Positions 9,591 to 20,229 of a DNA stretch of 64,000 nucleotides are shown here, piece by piece (within the stretch, counting starts at the first letter, position 1; each line of letters starts with the position of its first letter). This DNA is from a bacterium (GTDB lineage Bacteria; Hinthialibacterota; Hinthialibacteria; Hinthialibacterales; Hinthialibacteraceae). The notes below the pieces were generated by a model. That model did not search any database, was not told the DNA's origin, and worked only from the letters and a program-made list of their open reading frames with translations. The stretch covers positions 1 through 64,000 of the forward strand of contig JBHGBC010000009.1 in assembly GCA_041946805.1 (NCBI GenBank), read 5' to 3'. The translations under genes were made by a program, and so were the position numbers.

Positions 9591-11057
9591 TTATTCCGGC
9601 CGCGCGTCCCCGGGAGCCGTTCCGAAAATCCGGTCCAGGTGCTCGGATGAGAACGGCTTGGTGATCAGGCTCACGATCGGGATCAGGATCATCGGCGTCA
9701 CCATGGAGATCGCGCCCGCCAAGGGTACCCCTGGCATGCCCCACCGTTGGAAGAGGATCGCGGAGATCAAAATCCCCGCGAGAAGTCCCGTGACCGCGGC
9801 GGTCTTGGTGATCCGTTTCCAGTACAGCCCATAGACGTACGGCCCCATGAACGCGCCCGCGATGGCCCCCCACGACATGGCCATCAGGTTGACGATGACG
9901 GTGGGTTGCAGCATGGCGATGTAGAGGGAGAGCAGCACGAAAATCCCGCAGAAAATCCGCATGAGGGTGACAATGGTCCCTTTGGTGGCGTTGGGATTGA
10001 TGAATCCGCCGTACAGATCGATGGCGATGGCGGAGCTGGAGACCAGAACCAGGGACGAGAGGCTGGACATCGAGGCGGAGATGACCAGGAGCAATATGAT
10101 CGTGGCGATGGAATCGGGCGCGTGATCGGTGAGCATCCGGGGGATCAATTCATCGATCACCTTGGGCGGTTCTTGATAAAACAGGTGGCTCATCGCGCCG
10201 GTGTAGTACGCGCAGAAGGGGATGACGAGGGCGAACACCGTGCACACCAGGGCCGCCCGGTTGATCAAGGTTTCGCTTTTGATCGAATAGAATTTCTGGA
10301 CCATTTGGGGCAGGCCGAACGGGCCGAAGCTGGTGATGATCACCAGGGAGGCCAGGGTCACCCATCCGGGGATGGGCGTGGGCGCGAGTAAGCCCGGCGC
10401 GTATTCGGGTTTCATGAGGCTGGCGGTCGCGGTGGCGAATCCACCGACCTGCGAGACCAGGAAGAAGACCATGATCATGGCGCAGAAAAACATTAGGGTG
10501 CCCTGGATGGCGTCGGTGATGACCAGCGCCATGTACCCCCCGAGGATCAGATAGACGCCCGTCAGCACGGCCATGAAGGCCAGCGCGTATTCGTAGGGGA
10601 TGTGCAGATTCTCCTGAAACAGGTAGGAGAGGCCCATGTACACCGAAGCGGTGTAGGGCACGAGAAATATGAAGATCACCAGGGCGGAGATCACCTTCAG
10701 AAAGGAACTGGAATACCGCTCGGCCAAAAACTCGGGCATGGTCATCACGTTCAGCCGGGCGGTCATGGTGCGCGTCCGGGGGCCAAGCAGCTTCCAGGCC
10801 AGCCAACCGCCGATGAACGCGTTGCCCACGACGATCCACATGCTATGCAGCCCGAATCCCCACCCTAATTTGCCGGCGTAGCCAATGAACAACACGGCGG
10901 AAAAGTAGGTGGAGCCGTAGGCCAGGGCGGACAACCAGGGACCCAGGGTCCGGCCGCCCAAAAAGAAATCGCTGACGGTCTTGGTCTTGTTCATGCACAA
11001 GTACCCGACCAATATCATGAGGAAAACGTAGAGGATGATGACGAGGATTTTAGTCAA
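9591..11057 (-). CDS. sodium:solute symporter (PutP/PanF family)
   Basis: DFFLGGRTLGPW, FIGYAG, TMPEFLAERY, GLPQMVQKFY, SASMSSLSS; TTG start after GGAG. Confidence 0.9.
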   Translation of the reverse strand: MTKILVIILYVFLMILVGYLCMNKTKTVSDFFLGGRTLGPWLSALAYGSTYFSAVLFIGYAGKLGWGFGLHSMWIVVGNAFIGGWLAWKLLGPRTRTMTARLNVMTMPEFLAERYSSSFLKVISALVIFIFLVPYTASVYMGLSYLFQENLHIPYEYALAFMAVLTGVYLILGGYMALVITDAIQGTLMFFCAMIMVFFLVSQVGGFATATASLMKPEYAPGLLAPTPIPGWVTLASLVIITSFGPFGLPQMVQKFYSIKSETLINRAALVCTVFALVIPFCAYYTGAMSHLFYQEPPKVIDELIPRMLTDHAPDSIATIILLLVISASMSSLSSLVLVSSSAIAIDLYGGFINPNATKGTIVTLMRIFCGIFVLLSLYIAMLQPTVIVNLMAMSWGAIAGAFMGPYVYGLYWKRITKTAAVTGLLAGILISAILFQRWGMPGVPLAGAISMVTPMILIPIVSLITKPFSSEHLDRIFGTAPGDARPE

Positions 11058-11286
11058 TGGCGTATCTCCCAAGATGTATGAAATGAAGAGTCATCATGAT
11101 GCAGATTCGTATGTCGCGTCAATCCCGGGGTATGATTTATACCCGTTCGCTGTGACAATTAACCAATCGAATGCTATGTTTAGAGTAGGTGTTACGCCTG
11201 CGGTTTTGGCCTATCCGTTTTTCTTCACAAACTGGTGGATGATGGATATAAATACCATTGATAACCGTGAAAGCAGGATACTTGGC

Positions 11287-12900
11287 ATGATGAATTGGAT
11301 ATGTCTTTGGCCGCTCGCCGCTGGTTTTATTCTCCTGGCCTTCATCCGCCCTGTGGGAGCCGCGGAAGAAAATCCCGCCGGGGCGCTGTCCATCCACGCG
11401 TGGGAATCGTTCACCTATCCCCTCGATATTTTCACCTTGCCCCCCAACTTCGCCGGGCATTCCATTGCGGGCGGGACCGGGGGTATCAATGTACAGGACA
11501 ACCGGGGCGAAGGCGGCTGGACCTCGGCGTGGATCCTCGAAGCCACCGAGGTTGTGGCCGAACTGGATGAGACCCAGCTGGACACGGAGCGGATGGTCCA
11601 CCAGGATCCATTTCTATATCCCGGCAGTTTCTCGTTGAAAATCAGTTCCACGGCGGTGGACGGCCCCCTGCGCCGGTTTCCCGAAGTGGACGCGGGCGAG
11701 TTGTGGATTTCATTTTTGTTTCAGGATTCAACCGCCGTATCCAGTTCTTCCGGCCTGGTGCTCCGTGACGCCACCGGCGCGGACGCCGTGTTGATCGGCA
11801 AGCCGGCCGGTTCTGAATTTTTGGGATTGGGAAATCTGCCGGAAGGGACTCCCGGAACCCTCACGGCGGTTCCGTATAATGAACCTCATCACCTAATGGT
11901 TCGTGTCGTGCTCGATCCCGCTCCCGGCCAGTTGGATGATGTTTACTTGTGGATTGATGCCACGGAAGCGGACCGGTTGGATACCTATCAAGCAGGCGGA
12001 GAGAATCTCGTGGAGATTGCATCGCTTGGCGCGATCCAGTTGCGCCGCAGTTCCGCCGCCGGCCACGCGTTCTACGATGACATCGTGATATCGACATTGC
12101 CCTCGCTGCCCCCGGCGGGGACGGTGCGGATCGGTCTGGGATTCGATCCGGATTCTCCCTGGCGTAAAAATAAAGACCTGGTTTTGCATGATGCAATCTC
12201 GATCGACCAATACCGCGACGCCCGGACCGGCGCGGGATATGGGCAAAGCGATGTCCAGAACGAGTTTTTGGTGGTCGAAGGCTGGATCTATTTTTCGGAA
12301 CTCGGTGAATCCCGGGTGGCCCGGGGCGTACCCTTCGACCGTCTGAGCGGCCTGGGCGGATTCGCGCTGGCTCCTTTCAACGATTCACTGAGTGATGTCA
12401 CCTCCGCCTCCGGCTGGAAAAACGCCCTGCGGTTCAACGCCGGCAACGGAACCCAGGTCCCGGTGTCGTTTACGGTCCCGTCCGGCTCCTACGCGCAATG
12501 CCGGGTGTTGACCACCGGGGATGGAGACGCCACGCTGCGCGCGGTTTTCCATTACGCGGACGGATCATCGGATGCAAACAACTTCCGTTCGGCCGATTGG
12601 CTGGCGGATCCCGCCGAGGATGGACAGGGCGGCGTATCGCCGGCGGATTTGTTTCAAATCATCAACAACATGAATTACCTCGACGCGGATTCCATCTTCG
12701 CGGGGATCGATCCCCTCACCGGGGATAACGCCGAACAGGATGACGCGTGTTTCTTCAGCGACCGCGTTTCCCTTCCGGTGGACAAAATACTGACCCGCAT
12801 CGAGCTCGGGCCGGCCTCCAACGGCACGGTCAATGTGTATGATCTGCTGCTGGATACCAGCCTGGATGAGACCGCGGTTCCGGACTGGATGCTGCATTGA
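11287..12900 (+). CDS. secreted acidic beta-rich protein of unknown function
   Basis: Signal peptide MMNWICLWPLAAGFILLAFIRPVGA; D/G/S/T-rich mature part; ends in TAVPDWMLH. Confidence 0.7.
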   Translation: MMNWICLWPLAAGFILLAFIRPVGAAEENPAGALSIHAWESFTYPLDIFTLPPNFAGHSIAGGTGGINVQDNRGEGGWTSAWILEATEVVAELDETQLDTERMVHQDPFLYPGSFSLKISSTAVDGPLRRFPEVDAGELWISFLFQDSTAVSSSSGLVLRDATGADAVLIGKPAGSEFLGLGNLPEGTPGTLTAVPYNEPHHLMVRVVLDPAPGQLDDVYLWIDATEADRLDTYQAGGENLVEIASLGAIQLRRSSAAGHAFYDDIVISTLPSLPPAGTVRIGLGFDPDSPWRKNKDLVLHDAISIDQYRDARTGAGYGQSDVQNEFLVVEGWIYFSELGESRVARGVPFDRLSGLGGFALAPFNDSLSDVTSASGWKNALRFNAGNGTQVPVSFTVPSGSYAQCRVLTTGDGDATLRAVFHYADGSSDANNFRSADWLADPAEDGQGGVSPADLFQIINNMNYLDADSIFAGIDPLTGDNAEQDDACFFSDRVSLPVDKILTRIELGPASNGTVNVYDLLLDTSLDETAVPDWMLH

Positions 12901-13009
12901 CGAGATGAACCTTTTTTGTTCTCCCTCCAATGACAGGACTCCCGCTTCGTGGTAACGTATGGACGTTTGCGGGCGCGTAACGCCGCCATCCTTCCACGGG
13001 GAGCCGATC

Positions 13010-15424
13010 ATGAATCCAACGATCCGAACGCTGGTCTGGTTGCTGATTGGGGGAGCCGCCGGGGCGGGTCTGCCGCTGGCGCAAGCCCAGGATTATCTCT
13101 TGTTATCCCATGACCAATTGGAGGATGTCCGGGTGAATGGCCTCGAGATCAGCCAGCCCGGTTCCTACACGGTGTGGGCCTGGTCGTTGGATCGATCTCC
13201 GTTGATGCTCGTGGCGGGGGAATCCACTTTTGAATCCGCCGCGAATCCCAAAGCCGCCGAAGGGGCGTATTCGTGGAAAAAACTGGGCGTGTTGGACGTG
13301 AAGGAAAGCCAGGTGGCGCCTTTGCAGATCTACACGGATCCCCGGGGACGCATTCTGCAGCCGCGCGCCGTGGGCTGGCTGGCGTTGACCCAGGACCCGG
13401 GTTGCGATTTCAACACGCTGTTCGGCATGGCGCGCGTGTTCCCCGATACGGCCCAGGCGGTCCAGGACGCGCGCCGGGGCATCGTGCGCCGCATCGAGCA
13501 GTATTACGAATTCCCCCGGTATGAAAGCCTGCGGGCCTGGCTGGAACGCAAAAGAGAACTGGAAATCCACATCCTCACCAGCATGGGCGCGTATCCCATG
13601 CCCGAGAAAACCCCCTTGAATCCCCAGCGGTTCGGGAAGACCGAGCGCGACGATTACACCGTCGAGAAGGTCTATTTCGAAAGCCTGCCGGGATTTTTCG
13701 TGACCGGCAACCTCTACTCGCCCAAGGGGAAGCCCGGCCCCTATCCCGCGATCCTCTGCCCGCATGGCCATTGGGAACAAGGCCGCCTGGTCAACACGGA
13801 CAACAACTCCATTCCCGGGCGGTGCATCAACTTCGCGAAACAGGGGTATGTCACCCTGGCCATCGACATGATCGGCTACGTCGACAGCAAACAGCTGACG
13901 CACAAGTTCGGCGGAGAACGGGAATGGCTGTGGGGACTTTCTCTTCATGGATTGCAGTTCTGGAACACCCTCCGGGCGGTGGATTTCCTGCTCAGCCTGG
14001 ACAACGTGGATCCGGAGCGGATCGCCTGCACGGGGGCCTCGGGCGGCGGGACCCAGACCTATTGCCTGACGGCGGTGGATGACCGGGTCAAAACCGCCGC
14101 GCCGGTCAACATGATCTCCGCGCATTACCAGGGCGGGTGCCTGTGCGAAAACGCCCCCAACCTGCGGATCGGCGCGAACAATGTGGAATACGGGGCCATG
14201 ATCGCGCCCCGGCCCCTGATCATGGTATCCACCAACCAGGATTGGACGGACGAAACCCCGCGCGTGGAGTTTCCGGCCATCCAGTCGATTTACCGGCTGT
14301 TTGACGCCCCCGACCGCGTGAGCTGGATCATGATCAACGCGGAGCACAACTACAACCGGGCGAGCCGGGAGGCGGTCTACGCCTGGTTCGGCCAATGGAT
14401 GCTGGGCGAGAACGATCCCGCCAAGTTCAAGGAACAACCGTTTACCGTGGAGAAAGAGGAAGATTTGCGGGTGTTTCCCGGCCGCCTTCCCGAAAACGCC
14501 GTCAGCCAGGAACAATTGGTGAAGAATTGGATCGCGCAGTCGGAAGCCCAGCTCCAATCCGTGTTCCCGGCCAACAACCGTCTGCTGCAGGCCTTGCGCC
14601 GCCGCGCGCGCACCACCTTCGAGCATGTGCTGGGGGCGAAGCAGCCGGTGATCAACGATCTGGTGGTCAACCGGACCGGCCGGATCCCAAAACCGGATCT
14701 GTACATCGAACACTTGGTCATCGGCCGCCGGGGCGTGGGCGACCAAATCCCCTGCACGGTATTGATCCCCGCTTCGCTACGGGGTCCAGCGCCGGCCGCC
14801 TTGCTGGTCCATGGGGAAGGGAAACTCGGCTGGTTCGAGCCGGCCAACGGCCAACCGGCCGGGCTCGTGCGGGCGCTTCTGGATCAGGGGCTGATCGTGA
14901 TGCTGGCGGATGCGTTTCTGACCGGGGAGCATAACACTCCGTTTGAAAAAACCGGACGGGACACCGGCGCCTCGCATTTTTTGACTTACAACCAGACGGA
15001 CACGGCGCTGCGGGTCCAGGATATCCTGACGGCTCTGGCGTACCTCGGATCCCGCTTCGATGTCACCGGCGTGACCCTGGCGGGCGGCGGGGAAGCGGGC
15101 TTGTGGTGCCTGCTGGCGGCGCCCTTGGCTTCCTCCCTGCAAGGGATCATTGTGGACGCGGCCGGATTTGACAGCGGCGACGACCAGGAATTCCTGCGCC
15201 GGCTGTTCGTCCCCGGCTTGCGGCGCGCGGGCGATCTCCGGGCGGCCCAGGCGGCGCTGGCCCCGGCGCCGCTTGTCATTCATAATACCCAGGGGAAAAT
15301 GGACACCGATTGGGCGGCGCAGGCCTATCAGACCGCCGGCGTGTCCGATCTCTTCGAATCCTTGGAGCAGCCGGCGACGGCCGAATTCATCGTCCAGTGG
15401 ATGCGCGATTTGCGGATTCGCTGA
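13010..15424 (+). CDS. secreted acetyl xylan esterase-like alpha/beta hydrolase with two hydrolase domains
   Basis: Signal peptide; VEKVYFESLPG, LCPHGHW, TGASGGGTQT nucleophile elbow, GGCLCEN, EHNYN; second domain LRVQDILTA. Confidence 0.8.
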   Translation: MNPTIRTLVWLLIGGAAGAGLPLAQAQDYLLLSHDQLEDVRVNGLEISQPGSYTVWAWSLDRSPLMLVAGESTFESAANPKAAEGAYSWKKLGVLDVKESQVAPLQIYTDPRGRILQPRAVGWLALTQDPGCDFNTLFGMARVFPDTAQAVQDARRGIVRRIEQYYEFPRYESLRAWLERKRELEIHILTSMGAYPMPEKTPLNPQRFGKTERDDYTVEKVYFESLPGFFVTGNLYSPKGKPGPYPAILCPHGHWEQGRLVNTDNNSIPGRCINFAKQGYVTLAIDMIGYVDSKQLTHKFGGEREWLWGLSLHGLQFWNTLRAVDFLLSLDNVDPERIACTGASGGGTQTYCLTAVDDRVKTAAPVNMISAHYQGGCLCENAPNLRIGANNVEYGAMIAPRPLIMVSTNQDWTDETPRVEFPAIQSIYRLFDAPDRVSWIMINAEHNYNRASREAVYAWFGQWMLGENDPAKFKEQPFTVEKEEDLRVFPGRLPENAVSQEQLVKNWIAQSEAQLQSVFPANNRLLQALRRRARTTFEHVLGAKQPVINDLVVNRTGRIPKPDLYIEHLVIGRRGVGDQIPCTVLIPASLRGPAPAALLVHGEGKLGWFEPANGQPAGLVRALLDQGLIVMLADAFLTGEHNTPFEKTGRDTGASHFLTYNQTDTALRVQDILTALAYLGSRFDVTGVTLAGGGEAGLWCLLAAPLASSLQGIIVDAAGFDSGDDQEFLRRLFVPGLRRAGDLRAAQAALAPAPLVIHNTQGKMDTDWAAQAYQTAGVSDLFESLEQPATAEFIVQWMRDLRIR

Positions 15425-15498
15425 AAGCCGGTATACGGTTTTCGGCATCGTGATGGAGTTCAATCCAACATCCCCTGAACTGTTACGATGTTAATCGT

Positions 15499-16926
15499 AT
15501 GAACGAGAACAACGTTCCCATCCCCAGTCTGACGCCTTCGGAGGAACCGGTTCAATCCCCCCCGCGCTGGAGTGACTCTCTGGCTTCGTGGATTCGTCTT
15601 CAGTACCAGTCCTCGACCATCATTAAATTCGGGTACGGGCTGCGGATTGCCTGGAAAATATTCAATGAAAAGGGATTGCTCGCGCACGCCTCCGTGTGCG
15701 GGTATTCGATGATCCTCTCGCTGGTTCCCGTGCTGGCCATCTCCCTCTCCATCCTGACGGCTTTTACTTCCAGCGAAGTGGTCACGGTCAACGGAGAGAA
15801 TACCGTTCAGCAAGAAAAGTTCAGCAACCGGGTTTTCGATTTCATCTTCGAGCATTTTGTGCCGGGGCTGTCGGACGAGGCGCGGGTGGCCAAGCAGGAA
15901 CTGATGGAGTTCGTCCAGAAAACCGCCTCCCTGCGCTTTATCATTCTGGTCCTGCTGATCATCGCCAGCGTCAGCTTGTACAACAGCATCGAGCATGCAT
16001 TCAACGAGATCTGGTCGGTGCGTCACCGGCGCAGTTTGTTCTCCCAGTTTCTGGCCTTTTGGATCATCATCACCCTCACGCCATTGCTTTTAGGTATGTC
16101 GTATTATTACACGACCGCGTTCGCCTCCAGCGAGACTGTTTCGCATTTCATGAGCAAGAAATGGGGCTTCTGGTTCTTCTGGCATACCGTCTCGTATATT
16201 TTCACGCTTTTCGCCTTCTTGATCGCCAACCGGTATCTGCCCAACATCCATGTCAACCTGGTCCCCGCCTTGACCGGCAGCGCGCTGTCCGCCATCTTGT
16301 GGGAGGCGGCGAAGGTCATGTTCGATGTTTACATCAGCTACGCCCTCTCCAAGGAGGGGTATTACACCATCTACGGCACCCTGGCCGCGATTCCGCTGTT
16401 CATTCTCTGGCTGTATTACAGTTTTCTCTGTTTTCTGCTCGGTCCGGTCATCGCCACCACCATCCAGGATTACGACCGCCACCTGGCCCATCTGCGCCGG
16501 AAACCCCGGGGATTCACCCACCGGCCCATTCACGCCCTGCATGTGTTTATGGATATCAGCCGCCATTTTAAGGATCAGAAGCGCGGCATTTCGCTGGCCG
16601 AGTTGGAGATGCAGTCCGGCGTCGCGAATAACTACCTCCGCCGTTGCCTGAAGGCGTTGGAACAGGCCCGCCTGATCCATCAGGACCGGCGGCATCAGTA
16701 TTATTATCCCAGCATGGATCCCGATCAGGTGATGGTGGGGGAAGTGTTGGAACGGCTGATCGGTTTGCTTCCCGCCCCCGATTCCGGCCGCAAGCATCCG
16801 CCGGATCCCCTGGAGGAAAACATCCGGAACCTCCTGAACCAGCGGGGAGATTTGCCGATCGGTTCGTTTCTGCGGCTCAATCCCGAACGGCCGGCGTTGG
16901 GGATGGACCGGATCCGGCCGGCCTAG
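15499..16926 (+). CDS. YihY/BrkB family membrane protein with C-terminal winged-helix extension
   Basis: LSLVPVLA, IEHAFNEIW, YTIYGTLAAIPLFILWLY; C-terminal ISLAELEMQSG..LRRCLKALEQARLI. Confidence 0.85.
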   Translation: MNENNVPIPSLTPSEEPVQSPPRWSDSLASWIRLQYQSSTIIKFGYGLRIAWKIFNEKGLLAHASVCGYSMILSLVPVLAISLSILTAFTSSEVVTVNGENTVQQEKFSNRVFDFIFEHFVPGLSDEARVAKQELMEFVQKTASLRFIILVLLIIASVSLYNSIEHAFNEIWSVRHRRSLFSQFLAFWIIITLTPLLLGMSYYYTTAFASSETVSHFMSKKWGFWFFWHTVSYIFTLFAFLIANRYLPNIHVNLVPALTGSALSAILWEAAKVMFDVYISYALSKEGYYTIYGTLAAIPLFILWLYYSFLCFLLGPVIATTIQDYDRHLAHLRRKPRGFTHRPIHALHVFMDISRHFKDQKRGISLAELEMQSGVANNYLRRCLKALEQARLIHQDRRHQYYYPSMDPDQVMVGEVLERLIGLLPAPDSGRKHPPDPLEENIRNLLNQRGDLPIGSFLRLNPERPALGMDRIRPA

Positions 16927-16933
16927 CCCTTCC

Positions 16934-18286
16934 TCACGAGAACCGCAGCGCGTTCACGGGGGTGAAGCGGGCGGCGCGGACCGCCGGGTAGATCGAGGCC
17001 AGAAAACTGACCACCAGCGTGTAGACGCTTACCCAAATGAAGTCCATGATATCCATCTCGCAGGGGAGATACTTCAGATAATAGACCCGCCCTTCGCCCG
17101 GCATCTCCGGCGGAAACATCTGGAGAACCTTGCAGATCGAGAATCCCCCGGCCGCGCCCAGGCCGGCTCCCAGGGCCCCCACGATCAATCCCAACAAAAT
17201 GAAAATCAGCATGATGTTCTTGCGGCCGGCCCCGATCGCGCGCAGGAGGCCGATGTCCCGGGTTTTTTCGGTCACCACCATGAACAGCGTGGCGATGATG
17301 TTGAAGGTGGCCACCAAGATGATGATCTTCAGGATGTAATCCATGGTCCGTTTTTCGATGTCCAGGGCCTGGAAGAAGGTTTGATTCATGCTCATCCAGG
17401 TTTGTCCATACCCGATATGGCCCAGCAATTCCTGGTTTTTATTGTAGATATCCAGGCCGGTCTTATTGGTTTGGTCGATGGAAAAATCGTTTAGGCGGAA
17501 CTGGATCTCGGTGATGTGGTCTCCCAGCCCCAAGAGGGTTTGCGCGGCGGGGATGGAGATGTAGACCATGGTCGAGTCGTATTCATAATGGCCCGATTCG
17601 AAGACTCCCTCGACGACGAACTGGTCCGTGCTGGTCTGATCCAGGGAGACCGTTTCGGTGTCCTGGCGGAGCGTGATCAGGTTGATCCGCTGGCCCAATG
17701 CGCGGCTGTACGCCTGTTCCTTGGATTCGCCTTCGACTTCCCCGATATGAAACATGGCCATGGCCAGTTCCTTGCCGATGAGGATCCCGTGTTTCTTGGC
17801 TTGCGCCACCTCGGTGATTTTGACCTTGCGGCCGGACGCGGGGGGGCGCCGTTCCCGGCGCAATCCGTCCAGGCTCCCGGCGATCAGGAATTGTTCCAAT
17901 CCCGTGACCTTCGTTTCATAATCCGGATCGATGCCCACAAAGTTGACGGCGAAGGGTATCCGGCTGCTGACTGGATAGAGGAATCCCCATTCCTTGATGG
18001 TGGGCGAACAGGCCGCGACATTGGGAATCTTGGCGAATTCGGAGAGAACTTGATCGTACCTCCCGATGCCTCCATAGTTATCGTAATAAAACACGATGTG
18101 GGAACGGACTTGCAGGATCTTGGAGCGCAGGTAGTTCCCGAAGCCGTTCATGACCGACAAGACCGTGATCAGCGACGCGACGCCCAGCGCCACGCCCATG
18201 GTGCTGATCAAGGTCAGATGAAAAATGAAGGTGGCTCCGCCCTGGGGCCGGAGATACCGCTTGGCGATAAACCATTCGTAACGCAT
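16934..18286 (-). CDS. lolE: lipoprotein-releasing ABC transporter permease LolC/E
   Basis: YEWFIAKRYLR, GVALGVASLITVLSVMNGF, VATFNII, EKTRDIGLLRAIGA, ASIYPAVRAA; true start is ATG 18286. Confidence 0.9.
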   Translation of the reverse strand: MRYEWFIAKRYLRPQGGATFIFHLTLISTMGVALGVASLITVLSVMNGFGNYLRSKILQVRSHIVFYYDNYGGIGRYDQVLSEFAKIPNVAACSPTIKEWGFLYPVSSRIPFAVNFVGIDPDYETKVTGLEQFLIAGSLDGLRRERRPPASGRKVKITEVAQAKKHGILIGKELAMAMFHIGEVEGESKEQAYSRALGQRINLITLRQDTETVSLDQTSTDQFVVEGVFESGHYEYDSTMVYISIPAAQTLLGLGDHITEIQFRLNDFSIDQTNKTGLDIYNKNQELLGHIGYGQTWMSMNQTFFQALDIEKRTMDYILKIIILVATFNIIATLFMVVTEKTRDIGLLRAIGAGRKNIMLIFILLGLIVGALGAGLGAAGGFSICKVLQMFPPEMPGEGRVYYLKYLPCEMDIMDFIWVSVYTLVVSFLASIYPAVRAARFTPVNALRFS

Positions 18287-18325
18287 GAGGCAATCCGTTT
18301 CAGCGAGGATGATGGGTATGATAGC

Positions 18326-19939
18326 ATGCTCCGGAAAGGGACAAGAGACGCCGTGAACGGGAAACGGACGCCGTGGACCCGGCTGTTGCTGTTGCTCCTG
18401 GCCGGTTTTCTCTTGCGGGCGGTGGGCCTGGACCGCGTTCCCCCCGCCCTCAATTCCGATGAGTTGCTGAAGGTGTTCGACGGGGCTTCGGTGTACCGGA
18501 CCGGAAAGGATCATCACGGCCATCCGTGGCCTTTGTTCTTTGAACAATCGGGAGAATACAGCCCGCCGCTCTATATTTATTTCGCCGGGTTGTTCTCCAC
18601 TCCCTTCGGGATCAACGGCTACACCACGCGCTTGCCCTCGGCGGTTCTCGGCGCCTTGTCCATCCTCATGACGTATTTGTTCGTTTCGGTCTGGGCCGGC
18701 CGGGAAACGGGCCTGCTGGCCGCTGGCCTGGTGACGATTTCGCCCTGGAATGTCCACTACAGCCGCATTGGGTGGGAAGCGATTTCGCTCGTGCCGCTGC
18801 AATTGGCGGGCTTGTGGTTGTTCGTCCGTTGGACCCAAACGATGTTGGCGCGGGATCTGGTTTTTTCCGCCGTCTTCTGGGGTTTGACCTTGTACGCCTA
18901 CCCAGTGGCGCGGCTCTCGACCCTGCTGATGCTGGGGGGATTGTTGCTCGTGTACGCCCCGGTGTTGCGGGAGAAGCTCCGGCATTTTGCCGCAGCCATG
19001 GCGGTGCTGGTGTTGATGCTGGTGCCCTACCTCGTCGCGGTTCTCCAAAACCGGGAGGCGATGCAAAAGCGGTGGAATTTTGTTTCCATCCTGAACCGGG
19101 ATGACTGGCTGCCGCTGTTTTTTCAACAATACCTGGGGCATCTCTCGCCCCGATTCTTGTTTCTCACCGGCAATGAAAATTCCCTGCATTACATGGCCGG
19201 GGGCATGGCGTTGGGCGTGCTGCTGCCTTTCTTTACCGTGGGGATGATCGACATTTTCAGGACTCGGGGACGGGAGCGTCGGCTTTTGTTGTTCTGGTTG
19301 TTGAGTTTCGCCATCCCCTCCAGCCTGACCTACGACCGCTACGATCCGGCCAGCATGCCCAACGCGCTGCGGTCGATCAACGGAAACCCGGTGTTGGAAA
19401 TCATCAGCGCGCTCGGGATCATGACGGCGCTGGGATGGCTCAGCAAACCTTGGCTGGCCCGGTTCGCCGCGGCCGGCATTTCCGCGGCGGTTGGAGTCAA
19501 CGCGGCCGTCATCGGCTACGACTACGCCGTCCGCTATCCGGTCTACTCTGCTCCCGAATGGCAGTACGGCTTGAAGGAAGCGGTGCGGTTCGCCGAGAGC
19601 CGCAAGGCGGACTACGACCGGATTGTCGTCTCGCACCAGGTCCGCCTGCATCCCGTGGCGCTGGCCTGCTTTTCCGGCCGCGCTCCCGGACCGTTCAGCG
19701 GGGCGGATTTCCCGAAATACGTGCTTCCGTTTTATCACTACACGCCCATGTACCGGGATTTTCGGATGATGGAGTACGAACGGTACAAACCCGTATCCCG
19801 CTGGTATACCCTGGCGCCGGGCCGGAACCTGATTCTCGCGAAAGCGGGAGAGATCGAGGGGGAACCGGTTTGGCGCATCGGCTATCCGGATGGCGCGCCC
19901 GCGTTTGAGGTGTTCGAAAGCCGGGGGGAAAGGAAATAA
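18326..19939 (+). CDS. GT-C fold glycosyltransferase (ArnT/PMT-like, GT39/GT83)
   Basis: PPALNSDE, TGKDHHG, RLPSAVLG, ISPWNVHYSRIGWE, many TM segments; alternative start GTG 18353. Confidence 0.82.
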   Translation: MLRKGTRDAVNGKRTPWTRLLLLLLAGFLLRAVGLDRVPPALNSDELLKVFDGASVYRTGKDHHGHPWPLFFEQSGEYSPPLYIYFAGLFSTPFGINGYTTRLPSAVLGALSILMTYLFVSVWAGRETGLLAAGLVTISPWNVHYSRIGWEAISLVPLQLAGLWLFVRWTQTMLARDLVFSAVFWGLTLYAYPVARLSTLLMLGGLLLVYAPVLREKLRHFAAAMAVLVLMLVPYLVAVLQNREAMQKRWNFVSILNRDDWLPLFFQQYLGHLSPRFLFLTGNENSLHYMAGGMALGVLLPFFTVGMIDIFRTRGRERRLLLFWLLSFAIPSSLTYDRYDPASMPNALRSINGNPVLEIISALGIMTALGWLSKPWLARFAAAGISAAVGVNAAVIGYDYAVRYPVYSAPEWQYGLKEAVRFAESRKADYDRIVVSHQVRLHPVALACFSGRAPGPFSGADFPKYVLPFYHYTPMYRDFRMMEYERYKPVSRWYTLAPGRNLILAKAGEIEGEPVWRIGYPDGAPAFEVFESRGERK

Positions 19940-19942
19940 ATT

Positions 19943-20211
19943 CACGGCCGAGACGCGGAGAGCGCGGAGAGAAAGTAGGGGCACGTTGCCGCGTGCCCCT
20001 ACTTTGGTGGACCAACCCTCTTCGCATCAAATAGTGATGTTGTTGCGAGAAGGAAGTTTTTCCCTCACCCCGGCTCTCTCCCCGAGGGAGAGGGAGCAGA
20101 AAAGGAAGGTTATAGTGGGTGGGCTACGCTGCGTTTGGAGCCCACCCTACAATTTCCACGAACCGTGGGTATCTCGAAAATACGCGGCTCGGCGGGAGTA
20201 TCGCCCTCTCC
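19943..20211. repeat. mosaic of palindromic REP-like modules between convergent genes
   Basis: GTAGGGGCACG..CGTGCCCCTAC (19975-20002), CCCTCACCCC..GGGAGAGGG (20062-20094), GGGTGGGCT..AGCCCACCCTAC (to 20150), CGGCTCGGCGGGAGTATCGCCCTC (from 20185). Confidence 0.85.
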
Positions 20212-20229
20212 ATACTTCTCCGTGGGGAT

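Noticed and set aside
16934..19984. 1016-aa minus ORF and 807-aa plus ORF (17516-19939) suggesting long overlapping genes
   Set aside because: Each is a real gene (lolC/E from 18286, GT-C from 18326) plus a stop-free antisense shadow of its neighbour, which is common in GC-rich DNA; the extensions have no protein-like motifs.
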